A stretch of 12,041 nucleotides of DNA from Candidatus Velthaea sp. (GCA_050012475.1 JBEKHC010000127.1:1-12041), one strand, 5' to 3'; shown: positions 1 through 8,668, counted from the stretch's first letter. Numbers and translations are program-made. The notes: generated from the sequence alone by a model not told the origin.

Positions 1-90
1 CTTCGCTCTGCTCGACCGAGCACGCTAGCGTCCATTAGAGTAGTGTTGCGTCGACGCAAAGAGGGGAAGACCCGTGCGCGAGAGCGGCCG

Positions 91-657
91 TCATTCGCGT
101 CGTCGTTCGGCGGTACGCTCTTCGTTTGCGCCATCTGCGCGAACGAGTTGCGTGCCGACTCCGAAGAACGAAACGCCGTTGCGGCCGGTTTTCTTACTGT
201 GATACATTGCTTCATCGGCCTTTTCCAAGAGTGCCTCCGGCGACTGCGCATCGACCGGGAAGCAGGCGACGCCGATCGACGCGCTGATCCGCACTTCTTC
301 TCCGTTCGAATCGGGCGCATGCAATCCGTGAAAGTCCGCATCGGCAATGCTCGCGCGCAACGACTCCGCGCGCACGATGGCACGCGACTTTTCGCTGTCG
401 GCAAACACGACGCAAAACTCATCGCCGCCATTGCGCGCAACAAGATCGGCTGGATCGGTCGCCGCAGCGCGCAACAGTACCGCAAGCTCCCGTAGCAACG
501 CGTCTCCGCTAGCATGCCCGTATAAATCATTCCAGCTTTTGAAACGATCCGTGTCAACGAAGAGTACGGCAACACGTCCCAGCGGTGCGAACCGTGCCCG
601 TTCGATTGTCTGGGCGAGCCGAACGCGGAACGCGCGCGCCGTCAGCAAACCCGTTAG
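91..657 (-). pseudogene. GGDEF (diguanylate cyclase) domain; 3' half of an apparently frameshifted TM-GAF-GGDEF gene
   Basis: Motifs LTGLLT, FVDTDRFKSWNDLYGHASGD, ARNGGDEF, SIGVA and ADEAMY. The frame begins directly at LTGL (657) without the usual preceding Asp, and there is no obvious RBS before TTG 648. Confidence 0.75.
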
Positions 658-658
658 G

Positions 659-1234
659 CTACGCCGGCGCGGCCTGATCCACGAGCTGGACGATCCGGTC
701 GGCGGCCGCGCTCGAGCCGGCGACGCCGCTGGCCACGTACAATACGCAGCGGCGGCCGGCGTCCAGCACTAACGGAATCGCCGCGGCAAAGACGTCGCCC
801 GGCTGCAGGACCCTCGCCTGCCGCGCATCGACGCTGACAACGCGATGACCGCAACGAAGGGCCGCAACGATCAGCGACGCATCGTCGTCGAGCGCAAGCC
901 GCGTACCCGAGAAGAAATCCGCGCGCTCGCCGAACCCCGCGACGCAGACGAGCTGCGCATCGTGCTCTTCGAAAAACAGCACCACGTCGAGCGACGGTGC
1001 CACGGCGCGAACCGCGCGATCCATTTCTTCGCGAACGGTTTCCACCGAAACACCCGCAGCGCCGGACAAACGGCGCGCAGCTTCGACGAATCGCCCCTCG
1101 CGCTCGGTCGCCGCCTCTAACAACAGACGCTGTGCATCCACCTGAGCCCGCATCCGCCAGGCGGCCGCGATACCCAGAAGCCCGAACGCCAATGACCCTG
1201 CCACGACGACGTCGAGCAGCGGTCCGGCGTTCAC
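659..1234 (-). CDS. N-terminal TM helix plus GAF-like sensory domain; probable 5' half of the split diguanylate cyclase
   Basis: GTG start 7 bp after the Crp/Fnr stop. Hydrophobic LLDVVVAGSLAFGLLGIAAAW, then a GAF-like pattern (VVLFFEE..LVCVAGFG..AAAIPL...VLYVAS). Ends in TAG immediately before the LTGL motif in another frame. Confidence 0.7.
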   Translation of the reverse strand: MNAGPLLDVVVAGSLAFGLLGIAAAWRMRAQVDAQRLLLEAATEREGRFVEAARRLSGAAGVSVETVREEMDRAVRAVAPSLDVVLFFEEHDAQLVCVAGFGERADFFSGTRLALDDDASLIVAALRCGHRVVSVDARQARVLQPGDVFAAAIPLVLDAGRRCVLYVASGVAGSSAAADRIVQLVDQAAPA

Positions 1235-1241
1235 CTGCCGG

Positions 1242-1922
1242 TCACGGGATCAGCGCCCGCAGCTTCTCCGGCTCGACGACCACAACGTGCGACGTGCGCA
1301 TGTCGACCAGTTGCTCGTCCCAAAAACGGTTGAGTGTCCGATTGACCGTTTCGCGCGTCGTTCCGATCATGTTGGCCATCTCTTGATTCGTCAAGCGCAG
1401 CGTGATACGCGTTCCGTTGGCGACCGATTCGCCGAATTGATCGGCCAAATTCAGAAGCAGCGAAGCAAGCCGCGCGCGGATATCCTGAGATGTCGTCGCA
1501 GCGATCAACGCGTTGGCGGCGCGCAGGCGCTCGGACAGCGCGATGACCAGTAAGCGGCCGATCTTCGGATTGCGGTCCATGAGATCCAAGAAGTCGTTGC
1601 GATGGATCGCGCCCACTTCGACTTCGGTTAGCGTTTTGATCGACGCCGAGCGCAACGAAGAATCGAACATCGACATCTCACCGAAGAAATCACCCTCTTT
1701 GAGGATCGAGAGAATGGTTTCGCGACCGTCAGGAGCGATGCGACACACCGAAACCGAGCCGCTGACGACGATGAAAAACGTGTCACCCGCCTCGGATTCG
1801 CGCACGACGAATTGATGCTTGGGGTAACGGCGGTTCGATATCGCCGAGGCGATCGCCGATAACTCCGCGTCCTCGAAATCGCGAAAGAGCGGTACCCGCC
1901 GTAGGCTAGAGGCATCAACCAT
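1242..1922 (-). CDS. Crp/Fnr family transcriptional regulator (CRP-like)
   Basis: cNMP-binding motif GDFFGEMS...RSAS and HTH LTNQEMANMIGTTRETVNRTL. No FNR-type Cys cluster. Start placed at ATG 1922 (MVDASSLRRVPLF); the ORF track extends to 1949. Confidence 0.93.
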   Translation of the reverse strand: MVDASSLRRVPLFRDFEDAELSAIASAISNRRYPKHQFVVRESEAGDTFFIVVSGSVSVCRIAPDGRETILSILKEGDFFGEMSMFDSSLRSASIKTLTEVEVGAIHRNDFLDLMDRNPKIGRLLVIALSERLRAANALIAATTSQDIRARLASLLLNLADQFGESVANGTRITLRLTNQEMANMIGTTRETVNRTLNRFWDEQLVDMRTSHVVVVEPEKLRALIP

Positions 1923-2087
1923 GCCTGCGTTTTGGTCAAATGGCAGCAAGCGCCCTTGTCATCCGATTGCCGAGCGCGGGGCGTGACGGCGGCCGGCGCA
2001 CGGACGGCGCCGCCGTGAGTCGACGGGACTGCTGCTTTGGGCTGCTCGTCGTATGCCGGCTGACATCTTGCAGGCACCGTCCCGCGT

Positions 2088-2093
2088 TATAGT
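2088..2093 (+). promoter_or_regulatory. sigma70-type -10 box (TATAGT) for msrB, probably leaderless
   Basis: TATAGT ends 7 nt before ATG 2101; no clear SD and no clear -35. Confidence 0.5.
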
Positions 2094-2100
2094 AAGGCAC

Positions 2101-2547
2101 ATGAAAGTATCTCGCTTCACAGCACTCGCGACGTTCGCGGCTTGGACGCTCCTGCCGGCCGTGGCCCTGGCGGTAACCGACGACGAATGGCGCAAGCGGC
2201 TCAGCCCAGCAGCATACACGGTCCTGCGCCGGCAGGGCACCGAGGCGCCGGGCTCCAGTCCGCTCGAGGACGAATCCCGCAAGGGGACCTATCACTGCGC
2301 CGGTTGCGATCTCGCTCTGTTTTCGTCGTCGACAAAATTCAACAGCGGAACGGGCTGGCCCAGCTTTTGGGCTGCACTGCCGAACGCGACCGCTACCTCG
2401 GAGGACAACGAGCTGGGGATGACGCGGACGGAAGTTCATTGCGCGCGCTGCAGCGGTCACTTGGGGCATGTGTTCGACGACGGTCCTGCGCCGACGGGGA
2501 AGCGTTACTGCATGAACGGTGTCGCGCTTCGCTTCGCCCCGGCCTAA
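2101..2547 (+). CDS. msrB: Peptide-methionine (R)-S-oxide reductase MsrB with N-terminal signal peptide
   Basis: GTEAP, CAGC and CARC Zn motifs, KFNSGTGWPSF, HLGHVFDDGP and RYCMNG. The N-terminus MKVSRFTALATFAAWTLLPAVALA has a basic, hydrophobic, AxA layout. Confidence 0.95.
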   Translation: MKVSRFTALATFAAWTLLPAVALAVTDDEWRKRLSPAAYTVLRRQGTEAPGSSPLEDESRKGTYHCAGCDLALFSSSTKFNSGTGWPSFWAALPNATATSEDNELGMTRTEVHCARCSGHLGHVFDDGPAPTGKRYCMNGVALRFAPA

Positions 2548-2563
2548 CGACCCTATCCATCCA

Positions 2564-2619
2564 GCACGAACATGGAGCGGCGCAGAGCGCCGCACGAACA
2601 TGGAGCGGCGCAGAGCGCC
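2564..2619. repeat. Perfect 28-bp tandem duplication with GC hairpin, between convergent genes
   Basis: GCACGAACATGGAGCGGCGCAGAGCGCC at 2564-2591 and 2592-2619; contains CGGCGC-AGA-GCGCCG. Confidence 0.9.
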
Positions 2620-2654
2620 GGATGTTACGTGAACAGCGAAATCGAGCCCCGCTG

Positions 2655-3545
2655 CTACGTGCGGACGAGGATGACCATCGCTTGCAGCGTCGACGACCGG
2701 CTTCCGTCTTGCGCGTAGGCTCGGACCGTCATGACGCGGCTGTCGCGATCGCTCTTCGGCGAACGAATAGCGATCACACCGTGCTGAGCGGCGACGATCG
2801 TCTTCGAGATGATCGTGGGTCCGATGCTGGCGACGATCTTGACCTGACGGCCGATCGCACCAAAGGTGACCGGAATGAAATCCCCAGATTTCGCCGTCGA
2901 CGGCACACGTAAATCGGTCATCCGCGGAGCGGGAGTATTGGCGACGTCGACGTGCTTGATCGATACCGGAGCGACGGCGATCAGCCGCCGTTCGGCCAGT
3001 TTCGGCGGATGCAAGAGAGCCACCGGATGGCGGATCAGGTTTGCCTGTGCGACGACGCTGGGAAGTCCAGCGGGTGCACGCAGCGAGACGTTCGCCTTGA
3101 CCAGCGGAGCGTCGGCGGGCGCCGGTTCCGGATCAGCGTACGCCACCACGCTCGGGGCATCGAGCCGGCCGCCGGCCAAAAGCAGCAAAATCGTCGCTGC
3201 CGCCAGGGTCGCCCAGCCGCGCAGGACGATCCCCTTGCGCGAATGCGTGCGCTGGGGAGAGAACAGCATCATCTCGCCGTGGCCGCCGACGATGCGCAGG
3301 GTGATATCATTCGGCGATTCGTCCGACGAGAGCGGCAGCGTCAGATGCATGCTCGTACCCGAATCGATGCAGTACGCGGCGCGGCGCTCTTTGCGGACCC
3401 TTGCCTTGACCATCGTAACAACGGTAAATTCTTCAGCTCTCGAGCCGCCGTTGAGAATCAACAGCTCGGCGCCGCAATGCGTGAAGTCGAGGACGGCACT
3501 GAGCCGTCGCTCGTTTGCTAGATCAACTATTTCGCCGGTACGCAT
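2655..3545 (-). CDS. Hypothetical single-pass membrane protein (beta-rich N domain, TM, Pro/Ala linker, beta-rich C domain)
   Basis: About 296-aa ORF filling the gap between msrB and clpX. Central hydrophobic WATLAAATILLLLAGG preceded by basic residues. Start uncertain (3545 ATG or 3563). Confidence 0.7.
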   Translation of the reverse strand: MRTGEIVDLANERRLSAVLDFTHCGAELLILNGGSRAEEFTVVTMVKARVRKERRAAYCIDSGTSMHLTLPLSSDESPNDITLRIVGGHGEMMLFSPQRTHSRKGIVLRGWATLAAATILLLLAGGRLDAPSVVAYADPEPAPADAPLVKANVSLRAPAGLPSVVAQANLIRHPVALLHPPKLAERRLIAVAPVSIKHVDVANTPAPRMTDLRVPSTAKSGDFIPVTFGAIGRQVKIVASIGPTIISKTIVAAQHGVIAIRSPKSDRDSRVMTVRAYAQDGSRSSTLQAMVILVRT

Positions 3546-3934
3546 GTGATTGGGAATACACATTCCCGCCGAAGCGATTGTACCCTGCGATAATGCGACA
3601 TCTTTACCGGCATTTTCGTTCTCGCCGATCTAGGGCGCCGTTCGCCCTTCAACGGCCGATTCGGCGCGGCGCCTTGCCGCCCAGCAAAGAGACCGCCGCC
3701 CGCGGCAGGTGGAAAGCAGGAAGCCGTTACGTGCCTTGGGCTAAAATTCCCAATGAACGCTCTCGCCATGGAGAACTTGAATCAAGCGCGAGGGAGCCTT
3801 TACGACAACCCACGCCTGCACCTGCCGAAATCAACAGTTCATTTTGGCGGAAACATGCTACACCGATCCCATTTCGGAGATCGCTCGCGCTAGAGCGCGA
3901 ACCCGTCGGCGGGTGTGGATAGTCCCGGCTGCGC

Positions 3935-5194
<1,260 letters not shown>

Positions 5195-5230
5195 TGCAGG
5201 TCCTGCGAAAAGCTTTTATGGTGGAGAGCG

Positions 5231-5851
5231 TTAGGCGCCGTTGGTGTTGGGCGTGACGACGCGGTTATCTTTCTTGATGATCGTGTCGACGATGCCGTAG
5301 TCGAGCGCTTCCTGTGCCGTCATATAGAAGTCGCGCTCGATATCCTTGAGAATCTGGTCGATCGGTTTCTTGGTGGTTTCTTCGTAAATCCCGGCCAAAG
5401 CACGGCGCGTGGCGATGAGGTCCCGTGCGTGGATTTCAATATCGGTGGCCTGACCACCCACCTGCTGAACCCAGGGTTGGTGGATGAGGATCTTGGCATA
5501 GGGCAGGACGAAGCGCTTGCCTTGGGCGCCGCCGGTCAACAGAATCGAGGCCATCGACGCCGCCATCCCCGCGCAGAGGGTAGCTACGTCGGGCTTGATC
5601 GTCTGCATCGTGTCGTAGATCGCCAGTCCCGCGGTGACCGAACCGCCCGGGCTGTTGATGTACATGTCGATGTCTTTGTCGGGATCTTCTTTTTCCAAGA
5701 AGAGCAGCTGAGCCATGATCAGGCTCGCCATCCCGTCGTCGATCGGCCCGTGTACAAACACGATGCGCTCTTTGAGCAGCCGCGAGTAGATGTCGTACGC
5801 GCGTTCACCGCGGGCGGACTGCTCGACGACCATTGGAACTAAGTGACCCAA
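5231..5851 (-). CDS. clpP: ATP-dependent Clp protease proteolytic subunit ClpP
   Basis: [24 protein letters not shown] and IHQP. TTG start at 5851 with AGGAG SD at 5858-5862. Confidence 0.98.
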   Translation of the reverse strand: MGHLVPMVVEQSARGERAYDIYSRLLKERIVFVHGPIDDGMASLIMAQLLFLEKEDPDKDIDMYINSPGGSVTAGLAIYDTMQTIKPDVATLCAGMAASMASILLTGGAQGKRFVLPYAKILIHQPWVQQVGGQATDIEIHARDLIATRRALAGIYEETTKKPIDQILKDIERDFYMTAQEALDYGIVDTIIKKDNRVVTPNTNGA

Positions 5852-5940
5852 AACGCTCTCCTGTCCATCCGCGGCACCCCGCCGCTGCAACATTTTTCGC
5901 CCTGCCGGCGCCCCCGGCTGAAACCTGTACTACGCAGAGA

Positions 5941-7251
5941 CTACGCTGATGCCGCTTTAGTTGCCGCCGGGACGACGTTCGCCTTCTGGATCAGAAAATC
6001 GATCGTCTTGGTGCGCACGATACCGTCGACAAGCGCAGCGATGTTGGACCCCATGAGTTCGAGGATCTTCTCCCGCGGCTGGTCGTACTGACGGGCGATG
6101 GCATCGAGCTCTGCTTCGACGTCGGCGGGAGCAGCGACGATCTTCTCTGCTTCCGCAATCGCCTCGACGATCAGGGTCGTCTTGACGCGTTTCTGGGCCT
6201 CGGGTTCGTACTCCGAACGGAAGCCGGCCTCCGTTTTTCCGATCGCGGTCAGATAGTCGTCCCATGACGTCCCGTAGCGCGCGACGTATTGCTTCGACTC
6301 GCTGATGAGCGAGTCGACCTCGCGCTCGACCATCACCTGCGGCAGCGGGACTTCGTGCGTTTCCAGAAGCTTGGCGAAGAGCTGCTCGATGGTCTGGCGG
6401 CGGCCGCGCTGTACGATCCCGGCGTCGAGCCGCGCCCGCACGTCGGCGCGCAGCGCGTCGAGCGTCTCGACCTTGGACACGCGGGCTGCGAACGCGTCAT
6501 CGAGGGGCGGCAGCTCGGGCTCCTTGACTTCATGGACGGTCATCGTAAAGACCGCGTCTTTGCCGGCCAGCTCGGCCGCTCCGTAGTCGGCCGGAAACGT
6601 GACCGGGACGTCCTTGGTCTCGCCGGCGTTCATGCCGACGATGCCCGCGGCAAACCCCGGGACGAAGCGCGACTCGGTGACCTCCGTTTGCTCGCCGGTC
6701 GCCTTTCCGCCCTCGAAGGATTCGCCGTCAACCTTGCCCTCGTAGTCCAGCGTAACGGTATCGCCGAGCTTCACCGGCCGCTCGACCGGGACGAGCGTCG
6801 CAGCCTCCTTGCGCATGGACTCGAGCGCCTGATCGACTTCTTCGTCGCTTGCGGTTTGGGGCTGTTCCTCGATCTCGATGCCGGTATAGTCCTTGAGCTC
6901 GATCGCCGGGCGAACGGCGACGACCGCGCGGAAGCGCAGCGGGGCGCCGTCTTCCTCGGGCACCAGCTCCATTTGAGGCCGAGCCAGCGGCTCGAGCTTG
7001 TACTCGTCAATCGCCTGCGAATACTTCTGCGGGACGAGCACCTCGAGCGCCTGATCGACGATCCGCGACGTCCCGTACTGCTGTTCGTAGATTTTGCGCG
7101 GCACCTTACCAGGCCGGAATCCCGGGACCTTGGCCGTCCGGACGAGTTTCTTGTACGCCGCATCGGTCGCGGCGCTGAACTCCTCCGGTGTAATGCTGAT
7201 CTCGAGTTCGACCTGCGTCGGATCGAGTTGCTTCAGAGTCGTTGCGGACAC
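5941..7251 (-). CDS. tig: Trigger factor
   Basis: VPGFRPGKVP ribosome-binding signature and FKBP domain (LDYEGKVDGESFEGG, FVPGF). GTG start at 7251 with GGAGGT SD at 7261-7266; tig-clpP-clpX synteny. Confidence 0.98.
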   Translation of the reverse strand: MSATTLKQLDPTQVELEISITPEEFSAATDAAYKKLVRTAKVPGFRPGKVPRKIYEQQYGTSRIVDQALEVLVPQKYSQAIDEYKLEPLARPQMELVPEEDGAPLRFRAVVAVRPAIELKDYTGIEIEEQPQTASDEEVDQALESMRKEAATLVPVERPVKLGDTVTLDYEGKVDGESFEGGKATGEQTEVTESRFVPGFAAGIVGMNAGETKDVPVTFPADYGAAELAGKDAVFTMTVHEVKEPELPPLDDAFAARVSKVETLDALRADVRARLDAGIVQRGRRQTIEQLFAKLLETHEVPLPQVMVEREVDSLISESKQYVARYGTSWDDYLTAIGKTEAGFRSEYEPEAQKRVKTTLIVEAIAEAEKIVAAPADVEAELDAIARQYDQPREKILELMGSNIAALVDGIVRTKTIDFLIQKANVVPAATKAASA

Positions 7252-7338
7252 GCGGCGAAGACCTCCGGACGGCACGACGGCGAGCATCGCGCCCGCCGTG
7301 TTTGCTCGTGATTGTAGTTGTGGACGATCGTGGAAATG

Positions 7339-7413
7339 TGGAGCGGAAGACGAGATTTGAACTCGCGACCCTCGCCTTGGCAAGGCGATGCTCTACCGCT
7401 GAGCTACTTCCGC
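7339..7413 (-). tRNA. tRNA-Gly (GCC), CCA encoded
   Basis: GCGGAAG acceptor stem, anticodon arm TCGCC-TTGCCAA-GGCGA, T-loop TTCAAAT, 3' TCCA. Confidence 0.97.
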
Positions 7414-7458
7414 GGACTCGACCAAACGGCATTCGCCGGGCCCCAAGACAACCCTGGA

Positions 7459-7488
7459 AGTGTACGGCGCCGAATTCCAAGCCGTCAA
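7459..7488 (-). promoter_or_regulatory. sigma70-type promoter for tRNA-Gly (and probably tig-clpP-clpX)
   Basis: TTGACG (7488-7483), 18 nt spacer, TACACT (7464-7459). Confidence 0.65.
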
Positions 7489-7525
7489 GCGAGGCTGTTC
7501 CGGCCTGCAATCGGCGGGCCGAATA

Positions 7526-7605
<80 letters not shown>

Positions 7606-7607
<2 letters not shown>

Positions 7608-7744
7608 ACGTGGATTCGACTTCGTCGAATCTGTAGCGTTCGGCCTTCGGCCGAGCCGCACGCGCCCGACAGCGCCGCACGCCCGACGGCCACGTGGATT
7701 CGAGCTCGTCCAATCGGTAGCGTTCGGCCCTCGGCCGAGCCGCA
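7606..7744. repeat. Two 55-bp imperfect direct repeats (7606-7660, 7690-7744), each with two hairpins
   Basis: 50/55 identical, period 84 bp. Copy 1 contains GATTCGAC-TTC-GTCGAATC and TCGGCC-TTC-GGCCGA. Confidence 0.9.
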
Positions 7745-7808
7745 TCGGCTGCGTTCAGCTTTCGCGCCACGTCCGGGGAAGTGCCCCGATTGCAGCCCGG
7801 CTAGTCAC

Positions 7809-7842
7809 AAAAAAGTCGGGCCGGTGGAACGACCGGCCCGAC
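7809..7842 (-). terminator. Intrinsic terminator after tRNA-Lys(CTT)
   Basis: 11-bp perfect stem GTCGGGCCGGT / ACCGGCCCGAC (7815-7842) followed by T6 on the minus strand (7814-7809). Confidence 0.9.
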
Positions 7843-7852
7843 CCATGTGTTT

Positions 7853-7927
<75 letters not shown>

Positions 7928-7939
7928 AGACCAGGCGCT

Positions 7940-7969
7940 ATGGTAACGCGAGCCGGTTCGCAGCGTCAA
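7940..7969 (-). promoter_or_regulatory. sigma70-type promoter for tRNA-Lys(CTT)
   Basis: TTGACG (7969-7964), 18 nt spacer, TACCAT (7945-7940), 12 nt upstream of the tRNA. Confidence 0.65.
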
Positions 7970-8012
7970 GTCGCCGCGCGGCAGACCGTTCCGGCGGACC
8001 GGAAGAGGAAAC

Positions 8013-8085
8013 TGCGCCCTCCGGGACTCGAACCCGGGACCAACGGATTAAAAGTCCGATGCTCTACCAACTGAGCTAAAGGCGC
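8013..8085 (-). tRNA. tRNA-Lys (TTT), CCA not encoded
   Basis: GCGCCTT acceptor, CGGA-CTTTTAA-TCCG anticodon arm, GGTTCGAGTCC. Confidence 0.97.
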
Positions 8086-8121
8086 GTATTGTCGTGTCGA
8101 CGTTGCGTTTCTCAAAGGCAG

Positions 8122-8143
8122 CGGCACCGATTGCTCGGCGCCG
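8122..8143 (-). other. GNRA-capped hairpin between tRNA-His and tRNA-Lys(TTT)
   Basis: Minus strand CGGCGCCGA-GCAA-TCGGTGCCG: 9 bp with one G-U pair and no U-tract. Confidence 0.55.
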
Positions 8144-8152
8144 TGTCGGAAC

Positions 8153-8230
8153 TGGGGTGACTGACGGGGGTCGAACCCGCGACCTCTGACTCCACAAACC
8201 AGCGCTCTAACCAACTGAGCTACAGTCACC
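8153..8230 (-). tRNA. tRNA-His (GTG), G-1 and CCA encoded
   Basis: G-1 followed by GTGACTG acceptor, C discriminator, anticodon loop TTGTGGA, GGTTCGACCCC. Confidence 0.96.
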
Positions 8231-8437
8231 ACGCTGCGACCGATGCGATTTCGCGAGCTGGAGCCGCAAACCTTGGTCTTCGTCACAACAGCGAAAGCAC
8301 GGATCGAAGCACGCATTGTCGACCGCAGCGTGCGCGATACTTGCGGACGAAGACGATGACGGTATCCGGCTGCCCCTGGGCCCGGGCCGAAACCGGCGTC
8401 GATCGGCGCTTCCCAATCGACCGTGCCGCAAAAAGAT

Positions 8438-8513
8438 TGGTACGCCCGGAGGGAATCGAACCCCCATCGTTCCGCTTAGAAGGCGGATGCCTTATCCGTT
8501 AGACCACGGGCGC
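8438..8513 (-). tRNA. tRNA-Arg (TCT), CCA encoded
   Basis: GCGCCCG acceptor, TCCGC-CTTCTAA-GCGGA anticodon arm, GGTTCGATTCC, 3' ACCA. Confidence 0.96.
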
Positions 8514-8668
8514 GCCGCGGCTGGGACTTACACTCGGGCCCTGTCGACCCCCCGTTTGGACCAGGCCACACCGCCCGCTCAAACTTAACGCACCGGGCGC
8601 TGCAGAACCGCACGTATTCTTGAAATGGGCGGGTGCCCGGACGATACCAACTTCACAGGGAGGTTGGC

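Noticed and set aside
1..35. Possible minus-strand gene start (ATG 35, MDASVLGRAER) leaving the window
   Set aside because: Too short to support, and no SD.
659..661. TAG as pyrrolysine or readthrough codon
   Set aside because: The downstream GGDEF is in a different frame, so in-frame readthrough would not join the domains.
1986..2016. 8-bp GC inverted repeat upstream of the Crp/Fnr gene
   Set aside because: Almost pure G/C low-complexity pairing with no further support.
2586..2596. 11-nt match AGCGCCGCACG shared with 7671-7681, suggesting the two repeat loci are related
   Set aside because: Plausible by chance in 12 kb of GC-rich DNA; the rest of the units do not align.
3706..3720. CAGGTGGAAAGCAGG resembling the SRP RNA core
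   Set aside because: It lacks the stem closing the GNRA loop between CAGG and AGCAG.
3896..3912. CGAACCCGTCGGC resembling the 3' part of the c-di-AMP (ydaO) riboswitch
   Set aside because: The other conserved elements are missing, and it is oriented toward the 3' end of clpX rather than a gene start.
7252..7383. N-terminal extension of tig in the ORF track (similar extensions for clpP to 5893 and rdgB to 11577)
   Set aside because: The tig and rdgB extensions overlap tRNA-Gly and lepA; better starts with an SD or GTGA coupling exist at 7251, 5851 and 11442.
7966..8588. Short ORFs across the tRNA cluster
   Set aside because: They overlap well-formed tRNA genes and have no protein-like features.
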